A stretch of 7,276 bases of DNA from Amoeboradix gromovi X-113 (GCA_018985225.1 JADGIF010000519.1:1-7276), one strand, 5' to 3'. Shown: positions 1-7,161, counted from the first letter of the stretch. Numbers and translations: made by a program. Notes: generated from the sequence alone by a model not told the origin.

Positions 1-506
1 AGAATAGCTGTACAGAATATTTATTTTTGAAATTTCGATACAAAAAGTTATTTATTTTCCTTTCATACTCGTCAACTCCGCAACTAGCTGAATGTCCACT
101 CGCCTTTTAAATCCATAAAGTAATAAAGCTGAAATATTGTTCCAAGTTGTTACAGAAAGTTAGTCCAGTTTTGAAATTTTTTGGTTTACTCGTAAATCGG
201 GACTATTAACGAGGAGAAACTGTTGCTTTAAATATAGCTGGCAAGAAAATAAGAAAGTACATAATATTTTAATGGAGACTCGCAACGCAGTTTGCAGAAA
301 CTTTTAAAACAGATTTCTTGAAAAGTATAACGACTCAAAACGAAATTTCACATATCTTATCGACTATTCTTTCAGCGGTCATAAATCTTAACAAATTATT
401 CTATATTCGCTGTTGGGTGCGTAGATAGCATGTGCATTGTACTCAACAGATTGCTGAATTTCTTAAATTTACTTTCTTTTAAATCTTGAAGTCATTTTTT
501 TAGCAT

Positions 507-1682
507 ATGAAACGCTTGGCTTTTCAGATACCGAGAAAACTAACTCCACCGACTGTATGCATAGGTTTAAATGCTATATCTGTTAAATACAACGAGAGAG
601 AACTGGTTAGAAAATCGTTTTCTTGGCTGAAAGATCATTCTATAGAGCACTTAACAAATAGTGGGCAAAAAAGTTTCAGCAGTGGTCAGTGTTCTGATAA
701 AAACTTAGGGCCGCTAAAATGTGATATGATCTATGATAACGAGTGGAAATTGGTGATCAAATGGCCTAAGTTGGAACCCCATTTTGACGGAATTCATCAA
801 ATCTTTTTAGCTCAGTCTTTTACAGCGACCTATTCATTAGATTGGCTTCTACAAACAGACAGAATAAAAGATGTCGGTTTACCCCCTTATATACTTTGGC
901 CGGATAATAAAAAAATCGAGGATTTACATGTAGGTTACGATGAATTGCTGTCTCCCAAATCGTTACATAAAACAGTTAACACGCTCTATAACTATGGTCT
1001 TATAGTTGTCAAAGAATGTCCAACTAAAAATTCCACGGTAGAAGATATTTCATTGAAGTTTGGTCCCCTATACAACACCTTTTATGGTCAATCTTGGGAT
1101 GTCAAGGATGTTAAGAATGCAATAAATGTAGCGTATACTGCTGGAGAATTAGGTTTGCACATGGATTTAATGTATTTCAAAGATCCTCCGGGATTGCAAA
1201 TTCTTCATTGTCTAAAGAATTCAGAGCATGGTGGCGAGAACATGTTTAGTGACGCTTTCAAAGCAGCTTCTGCTCTAAGAGATGTATCAATAGACGATAA
1301 AACCGCACTTGATATCCTGAATCGAGTCGATGTTAACTACGAGTATCGTTCTGTAGACCACTGGATGAAGTACAGTAGACCAGTCGTTCAACTTGATTCA
1401 AGTGGTGACATAGAACAAGTTAGCTATAGTCCGCCATTTCAGGGTATTTTATACGGCCGCAATGATGATTTGTTGTCTTGGTACTCAGCTTTAAATGTAT
1501 TTGAACGACAATTGTCCAGAGGTATGATTAATTATAAACTGCAAGAAGGTGAGGCAGTGGTGTTTATTAACAATAGGATAACCCATGGCAGGAGGGCGTT
1601 CAAAGGAGATAGGCATTTGAGAGGTGCATATGTTGGAATGAGTGCCTTTTTAGATACTTGGAGGAATCTCAATTGGACTTGA
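507..1682 (+). CDS. Fe(II)/2-oxoglutarate dioxygenase, TauD/TfdA superfamily, gamma-butyrobetaine hydroxylase-like (fungal Aim17/Fmp12-like), possibly mitochondrial
   Basis: 391-aa ORF. Family motifs: YGLIVVKECP, TFYGQSWDV, NVAYTAGELGLHMDLMYFKDPPGLQILHCL (HxD at H218/D220), GGENMFSDAF, YSPPFQG, VFINNRITHGRRAF (distal H360) and RHLRGAY (2-OG-binding Arg). The N-terminal WLKD...SGQK...YSLDWL matches the GBBH-like N-terminal domain. The basic, acid-free N-terminus MKRLAFQIPRKL resembles a presequence. Substrate cannot be determined from sequence. Confidence 0.9.
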   Translation: MKRLAFQIPRKLTPPTVCIGLNAISVKYNERELVRKSFSWLKDHSIEHLTNSGQKSFSSGQCSDKNLGPLKCDMIYDNEWKLVIKWPKLEPHFDGIHQIFLAQSFTATYSLDWLLQTDRIKDVGLPPYILWPDNKKIEDLHVGYDELLSPKSLHKTVNTLYNYGLIVVKECPTKNSTVEDISLKFGPLYNTFYGQSWDVKDVKNAINVAYTAGELGLHMDLMYFKDPPGLQILHCLKNSEHGGENMFSDAFKAASALRDVSIDDKTALDILNRVDVNYEYRSVDHWMKYSRPVVQLDSSGDIEQVSYSPPFQGILYGRNDDLLSWYSALNVFERQLSRGMINYKLQEGEAVVFINNRITHGRRAFKGDRHLRGAYVGMSAFLDTWRNLNWT

Positions 1683-1691
1683 TCAATTTAT

Positions 1692-1697
1692 AATAAA
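1692..1697 (+). promoter_or_regulatory. Putative polyadenylation signal of the dioxygenase gene
   Basis: AATAAA 9 nt after the TGA at 1680-1682. Confidence 0.55.
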
Positions 1698-2180
1698 TAC
1701 GTAAAATACACTTTGAGACTCTTTGGATAGCTTTTTGGTTAACAGATGAGATTTCAAATACCAAACCTTAGAAAATTACTTGAAACAACAGAGCTCGCAA
1801 AAGTAATAAATAATGTACTTATTTAACGCTATTTATTATGTTAGCTGGGTACAACTGAGCTATATATTCCGTCCCTTTTGGGAGAGAAAGCGAACGTGAT
1901 TAGCTACCTTTACGTCACACCATTATAAGGATAAATAGAAAGCAGGACATGAAAAGAGATTAACGAGATCCAAGGCTATCAGCTATCAGACGCATTGGAA
2001 CAATCTAATCGTAGTAGCACTCAAGTGCATTCCAAATAAGAAAGTGATCAATCCGCTTCGTAGGAATCAATTAATGCCACACACAAGGGTAACATGATTG
2101 TAAATCATATTACAGCTATTGATATTTAGAAGTTCTACCTTTGTATTGGCCTGTTAGGTAAATGTTGTGGCTTGTTAGAA

Positions 2181-3275
2181 ATGTACATCACATTTTTCGC
2201 GTGTGTCTACGCAGTGCTGGGCGACTGTCAAAATGTAGTGAATCTAGCCAGAGGGTTAGGAATGAACACAGTGTATCCTGCAGAGTTTGCATCATTGGAA
2301 ATTGACTGCTGTGAAACTCAGTTCGTGACCTGTACAAATACATTAGTGTCCTCTATCGGGTGGTATGGGGCTATGAGTCCATTTAAAGCACTAAATGGAA
2401 CCATAAACGGAACTGCGATTCCCTCTACATTAACAATTTTATATTTGGGTTACAATAAAATATCAGGAACCTTACCACTCTCTTTTCCGAAAAACATGGT
2501 ACAACTTTATTTGCTTAAAAATTATATTGAGGGACCTATACCAAGTGCACTACCTAGTAAACTTCAGCAGCTTCGCTTGTCTTCCAACTATCTTAACGGT
2601 TCTTTGCCATCGTTAATACCTCCAGACTTGAAGGTATTGGAAGTGGAAGACAATAGACTGCTAGGAGATGTCCCCAGTCTACCAAGTACTTTGTACTCTC
2701 TTTTCCTTGGATCACCCGGTATTTTCGGAAATCAATTTTCGGGAAGTGTAGTCTTAGAAAGCCCAATATCTCTTTTTATAAACAACAATCTAATTACGGA
2801 TGTAGTTGTACAAGATCCAAGTCATTTAGCGCAAGGCAAATGTGATTTATCGAACAATCCTCTTCTTAATAATTCCAACATTGTTGGTCTTTCAAGATGC
2901 GTCAAATCGGACCTATACTATCCTGATGCTCTTCCAAATACTAGATACAGCATAGATCCTACTACCAGTAAAACTTTCACAACATCATTCAAAAAGAGAG
3001 CAATCACTACCACAGCCACCAAGAAATTAATTTTGAATTTCATTTCGTCCGCGGTCGAGGTTGGAACAAGTATGATGCATGTAGAGACTAGTAGAATTGA
3101 TAACCTTCAGTCGCAATTTTCTAATTTTACTGCTCTTGAATGGATACTTCTTATTGTTAGATGGCTAATTGACATTATCTTCTTGTATTACATTGTTAAA
3201 AACCCAAAGTTTAAGACATCCCATCCAAAAGCAGTTGATAAAAATACAAATTTGCTATTAAGCACTTTAAAATAA
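2181..3275 (+). CDS. Leucine-rich-repeat receptor-like type I membrane protein (signal peptide, Cys cap, about 6-7 LRRs, Ser/Thr stalk, one TM helix, short tail)
   Basis: The ORF track starts at TTG 2172. The first ATG (2181) gives 364 aa beginning with the hydrophobic MYITFFACVYAVLG|DCQ. Repeats: LTILYLGYNKISGTLP, MVQLYLLKNYIEGPIP, LQQLRLSSNYLNGSLP, LKVLEVEDNRLLGDVP, then degenerate units ending CDLSNNPL. These are followed by a Thr-rich stalk (PTTSKTFTTS, ITTTAT), hydrophobic WILLIVRWLIDIIFLYYIV (3141-3197) and basic KNPKFK. Confidence 0.85.
   Translation: MYITFFACVYAVLGDCQNVVNLARGLGMNTVYPAEFASLEIDCCETQFVTCTNTLVSSIGWYGAMSPFKALNGTINGTAIPSTLTILYLGYNKISGTLPLSFPKNMVQLYLLKNYIEGPIPSALPSKLQQLRLSSNYLNGSLPSLIPPDLKVLEVEDNRLLGDVPSLPSTLYSLFLGSPGIFGNQFSGSVVLESPISLFINNNLITDVVVQDPSHLAQGKCDLSNNPLLNNSNIVGLSRCVKSDLYYPDALPNTRYSIDPTTSKTFTTSFKKRAITTTATKKLILNFISSAVEVGTSMMHVETSRIDNLQSQFSNFTALEWILLIVRWLIDIIFLYYIVKNPKFKTSHPKAVDKNTNLLLSTLK
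2424..2864 (+). repeat. Protein-level LRR array (21-22 aa period), diverged at the DNA level
   Basis: Consensus LxxLxLxxNxLxGxLPxxLPxx occurs four times cleanly, followed by 2-3 irregular units. Confidence 0.85.
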
Positions 3276-3276
3276 A
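3271..3276 (+). promoter_or_regulatory. Putative polyadenylation signal of the LRR gene, overlapping the stop codon
   Basis: AATAAA contains the TAA stop at 3273-3275. Confidence 0.55.
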
Positions 3277-3753
3277 CTTTGTTTTTATGCAATTTTACGG
3301 ACTCTATTATGGTAAATTTGATCATTAATTGAATCTGCATATGGTAAAGTTAGTTCCATATTAAAGGTTTTATTCCGAGAAATCAAGAGGTTCCAATGAG
3401 AAAATAATAAAGCTAGTAGCCACGTTACGGTGCTTATTCTTGCTTCCACTACTTCGTGCAAGCATTTAACAAAAAATCCGATATTTCGAATAACTGCCAA
3501 ATGACCACTTCCAACGTCATTGATATGTTCAGTGTTTATGAGGTCTTTAAATAAGTGCTTACTTGCCCGTCCAGAACATCTTTCGTTAATTACTTGAGAT
3601 TGTCGCAGATAAGATGATCTCTTGTGATAACAATGTGTAAATACCAGATGACTATTCAAATGCCTATAAGTTTAACAATACTTGCTGTAGCGATTCTCCT
3701 TACATCTCGCATAAGTCAGCAACTAAAAATATCAACGTTGTTTAACAAATCTG

Positions 3754-3759
3754 TTTATT
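3754..3759 (-). promoter_or_regulatory. Putative polyadenylation signal of MSH2
   Basis: TTTATT on + (AATAAA on -), 6 nt after the TGA stop. Confidence 0.55.
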
Positions 3760-3765
3760 TGGTGT

Positions 3766-6003
3766 TCATCTCATCAGCTGTTCTTGCATCTCTTCTGCCA
3801 TTTTTATAACTTCACTATTAAATCCGGCTATTTTAGCTACCTTTATCCCATAGCTCTCGCATGATGCTCCATCTATTACTTTATAACAAGGAACGATGTC
3901 ACCATCTACTATTTCCATAGCGACCTGCTTACACTTAATGTTTTCATTCACTTCTCCCAATCTACTCAGCTCATGGAAATGGGTCGCAAATATTGTTATA
4001 CACCTTATTTCACTTAAATGCTCTAATATTGCCCAAGCTAATCCGAACCCATCTGCATTTGATGTACCTCTGCCTAGTTCATCTATTAGTACTAATGATC
4101 TGCTTGTTGCTGTTTTTATTATGCTGCTGGCTTCCAGCATCTCATTGTAAAATGTAGATTTTCCTCTAATCAATGAATCACCCGCACCAACTCTACAGAA
4201 GATCCCATCTAAAAGTGGAACGGTGCAAAATGAGCAAGGCACAAGGCTGCCAACATGGGCCATCAAACAAACCACACCAACCATTCTCAAATATGTTGAC
4301 TTACCGCCGGTGTTGAAACCCGTTACTATTTCCACGCTATTGTCTACGCTCATATGACAATCATTAGAAATAAATGTCATGTTGTTTTGTTGTTCTATGC
4401 AAGGATGTCTACCCTCCTTGATGATAAGTTCGTTGCCAAACACAGGTCTGTTGTAGTTGAACAAGGTAGCAGTATTTGCAAAAGCACTCAAGACATCTAT
4501 CTGGGCTATTAGTTCGCTAATATTAAAATAGCATTGAGCATATTGCACTCCTAATTCATGTATTTCATCAGTGATCTCTATTGAAGCCTTGTTGTACTGC
4601 GATTGTAATGACTTAAGCTGACTGGAGTAATGCTGGAGCTCTAAAGTTGTGAAGTAAACCTGATTCTTCAAGGTAGCTAATTCTATGATGTTCTTATATT
4701 TCTTGACAAGTCCGGCTTTTGATTTTGGAATTCTTAAGCAATACCCGTGTTTAATATGTTTATCCAGCGTCAGCTTATCACTTGTGCTATGTCTGATTTT
4801 AGTAAACAACGAGTCCATCGATCGGGTTATTTCATTAATCTCAGTGTTTATAGATGATAAACTCTCTAATGACTCTGGTCTTACCTTGTATACATGTAGA
4901 GTAGGATCATATAGTATGTTATCGACTATGCATTCATAAAACTGGTGAGTTTCTTTGAGCAGTTCAGTTAATTGAGATTTGAAATAATGCTGAATAACTT
5001 GGTCAAAATAATCTAGGCTGCGTACTAGAGCATGGCATGTATCAATTATGTCTTTGATACTCCATAGCTCACTGAGAGTTATTGACTTTTTCAACAATTT
5101 GCGTGCGAATTTGGCAATGTCGGGAAACTGTTTTAACTGCAAACACTGCAAATTGGTTGATTTGAAATGTTCAACGATATCTAGCCGAGTTTGTATAACG
5201 GTATGATCATTTAACGGACACTGTAACCAGTTGTTTAGCAGTCGGGTTCCCATTGTTGTCGAACATTTAAATAGCCCAAATATGGAATTTGTATCATTAA
5301 AATCGTTAAATACATGCAGAGCCCTAATAGCATATATGTCTAGTTTAAGAAACTCGTTGGAGTTATACTCGCTGATATTGTATTCATTCAAGTCAACAAA
5401 TAAATGGCTTTTGCAAACACCACCACATTTCTTGATCTGCTCTTCGAATGGCCATCTGTTGTCGTCACTGATAACATACATGGACTTTGCAATTCTAGTC
5501 AACTTGACTTGGTATTCAGTGCAGATGCGGTCTAGTTGTTCATCAACCAAGTGATAAACAATTTCTTTGACATTGTTGTGAATAATGAAAGACTGAAGGT
5601 TGTTAAAGCTATCGTCATCAGTGAAATTAAAAAAACCAATTTGCATAGTGAAAGAATTAATTATCAAAGCATAATATCCAACATCCTTATACAATACCAT
5701 GATTGTAGATTGCTGGTTAATTGGCAAGTTCAATTCTTCCTGCAATTCTATTGAGTTACCAGGAGAAGCAACACTGATTGTGTTGTTGTTTTCATCTTTT
5801 AACCTTACTGTGAACCCATCTTGAAGTGCACGCTGCATGAACTCTGTGGTATTAGGCTTATTGAACTGGATTTTGAAAGGGTTACCTGTTAGATGGGATA
5901 CCATCTGCATCATATTGGCTGCTAAAACAGCTTCGTCATCCAAAAGGTACGAAATGTCATTTTGAGGATTTGTGAACAAGGAAAACTCCATTACTTGAGA
6001 CAT
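3766..6003 (-). CDS. MSH2: DNA mismatch repair protein MutS homolog 2, shortened and divergent
   Basis: 745-aa ORF. MutS ATPase motifs: RHPCIE, TGFNTGGKSTY (Walker A), IFCRVGAGD, STFYNEMLE, LVLIDELGRGTS (Walker B), FATHFHEL and SYGIKVAKIAGF (HTH). MSH2-type signatures: ASPGN, ALHVF, MGTRLLNNWLQCPL, VYFTT and DGFGLAWAI. Confidence 0.92.
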   Translation of the reverse strand: MSQVMEFSLFTNPQNDISYLLDDEAVLAANMMQMVSHLTGNPFKIQFNKPNTTEFMQRALQDGFTVRLKDENNNTISVASPGNSIELQEELNLPINQQSTIMVLYKDVGYYALIINSFTMQIGFFNFTDDDSFNNLQSFIIHNNVKEIVYHLVDEQLDRICTEYQVKLTRIAKSMYVISDDNRWPFEEQIKKCGGVCKSHLFVDLNEYNISEYNSNEFLKLDIYAIRALHVFNDFNDTNSIFGLFKCSTTMGTRLLNNWLQCPLNDHTVIQTRLDIVEHFKSTNLQCLQLKQFPDIAKFARKLLKKSITLSELWSIKDIIDTCHALVRSLDYFDQVIQHYFKSQLTELLKETHQFYECIVDNILYDPTLHVYKVRPESLESLSSINTEINEITRSMDSLFTKIRHSTSDKLTLDKHIKHGYCLRIPKSKAGLVKKYKNIIELATLKNQVYFTTLELQHYSSQLKSLQSQYNKASIEITDEIHELGVQYAQCYFNISELIAQIDVLSAFANTATLFNYNRPVFGNELIIKEGRHPCIEQQNNMTFISNDCHMSVDNSVEIVTGFNTGGKSTYLRMVGVVCLMAHVGSLVPCSFCTVPLLDGIFCRVGAGDSLIRGKSTFYNEMLEASSIIKTATSRSLVLIDELGRGTSNADGFGLAWAILEHLSEIRCITIFATHFHELSRLGEVNENIKCKQVAMEIVDGDIVPCYKVIDGASCESYGIKVAKIAGFNSEVIKMAEEMQEQLMR

Positions 6004-6535
6004 GGAGATGAGGAAAAAGAGTCCGAAAAAGAACCGTTTATTTTTTGAAATCTTTGACTAGAGTCCAGCGGCAATTGCCAAAAATCAAATCGGTATGAAG
6101 TTTTCTCCTATAGCGATCAAAGTAGAACACAAAGTGGTTGTGTTTATGATTTCATCGACTCGATAGTAGCATTTCTGGGCTAATGTTACACCTGCTCTGT
6201 ATCCAAGCTACAGAATGGAAACAAAAATAAAATAGTAAAACAAAAGCCACATGGATATTCAGCATTTATTACACAAGTTGACAATACTGAAGTGATCTCG
6301 CTAGATTGAACCAGGATTCATTAAAAGCAATTCAGATCCGCACCACAATAGCAAGATTCAGATAAAGAGTATTTGTGCAAGAAGCGATGCCAGCAAAGAC
6401 AGCATAATTCAGCACCAGATGAATAGATGGGTAAAAGCGACTTCGGATGGACCTTGAACACTAAGAAGGATGAGCAATTCACCCTTTGATGTTTGTAAGG
6501 CTTAGGAGAGCTAAAGAAACTTTATACGGAAAGAA

Positions 6536-6541
6536 TTTATT
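6536..6541 (-). promoter_or_regulatory. Putative polyadenylation signal of the secreted-protein gene, overlapping the stop codon
   Basis: The minus strand reads TGAATAAA, so the last base of the stop is the first base of AATAAA. Confidence 0.55.
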
Positions 6542-6996
6542 CATAACTCAGTGCCTGCAGCTAAGGTGTTGTATGGAGTCTTGCATACTTTTGCGGCGAC
6601 TAACTCTTCGTAACGAACCCTGTTGAGATAGTTGGGTTCACATGTTCGATAACAGTTGGCGCTGTACTCATATATGTTAAGTTTTGCTTTCTCTGGATAT
6701 GCATCCACGCAATCTGTAACGCAAGTGTTATAGTTATTCATAGCTATAACAGCTTGTGTTCCCACAAAACCGCAAGCTTTTTTTGGACCGCATGTTTTGA
6801 GTGCTGCTTGGAGACTCTTCTCAACTACAGATTTGAATGCAGCGCACTTAGGTTTTGCTTTATTCTTTTTGTAATAACAACCTTTGGCCAGGTTGTACTG
6901 TTCATAATGAGTCTTCCAAACATTCAACGTTTTATTGCAATCATCTGGTTTTGCCACTGTGATTGCAAACAAGAAGTATCCAAAAATCATAGTCAT
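6541..6996 (-). CDS. Small secreted cysteine-rich protein of unknown function
   Basis: 151 aa with an ATG start and a hydrophobic leader MTMIFGYFLFAITVA|KPDD. It has 10 Cys (an even number), all in the mature part, an N-glycosylation sequon (NKT), and a stop overlapping AATAAA like the neighbouring genes. No family recognised. Confidence 0.8.
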   Translation of the reverse strand: MTMIFGYFLFAITVAKPDDCNKTLNVWKTHYEQYNLAKGCYYKKNKAKPKCAAFKSVVEKSLQAALKTCGPKKACGFVGTQAVIAMNNYNTCVTDCVDAYPEKAKLNIYEYSANCYRTCEPNYLNRVRYEELVAAKVCKTPYNTLAAGTEL

Positions 6997-7161
6997 TAAG
7001 AACTCGTAGTTTCGATGTTTATATAATCGTTTAATCCTTGCAAAATTGGAATGATTGGTAAAGTACCTGGAAATAAAACATCATCCAATCGCAAAAGTCT
7101 TAATAAAAAGTAGTAATTTCAATAATACTGGCAAGCTTTCATGAAAAACCTGCGGAAATCA

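Noticed and set aside
199-321. Frame that reads plausibly if TAA/TAG encode Gln, as in some aphelids and ciliates; three of the four genes also end in TGA
   Set aside because: The four genes (about 1650 codons, many Gln) have no internal TAA/TAG, and the LRR gene ends at TAA within AATAAA, so the standard code fits.
2172-2180. TTG start for the LRR gene given by the ORF track
   Set aside because: The context is eukaryotic, and the ATG at 2181 gives a clean signal peptide.
3624-3809. 61-aa hydrophobic + strand ORF
   Set aside because: It overlaps the MSH2 3' end antisense, is short and has no motif. Its hydrophobicity is explained by T-rich sequence.
3896-5754. Four + strand ORFs (84, 84, 107 and 72 aa) inside MSH2
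   Set aside because: These are antisense shadows of a conserved gene with no recognisable motifs.
6058-6309. + strand frame open for about 83 codons except one TAA at 6181 (possible pseudogene)
   Set aside because: No in-frame ATG, no recognisable motif, and it overlaps the presumed MSH2 promoter.
6441-6446. cUUCGg tetraloop word
   Set aside because: The flanking bases do not form a stem.
507-6996. The four genes as one operon or defence system, or a giant-virus MutS locus
   Set aside because: Orientations are mixed, each gene has its own poly(A) signal and the functions are unrelated. The MutS carries eukaryotic MSH2 signatures and lacks the C-terminal HNH domain of viral MutS7.
6754-6999. 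81-aa + strand ORF
   Set aside because: It is antisense to the better-supported secreted protein and has a GTG start.
7064-7070. TACCTGG resembling the U1 snRNA 5' end
   Set aside because: Only a 7-nt match, with ACTT missing and no U1 stem-loops visible.
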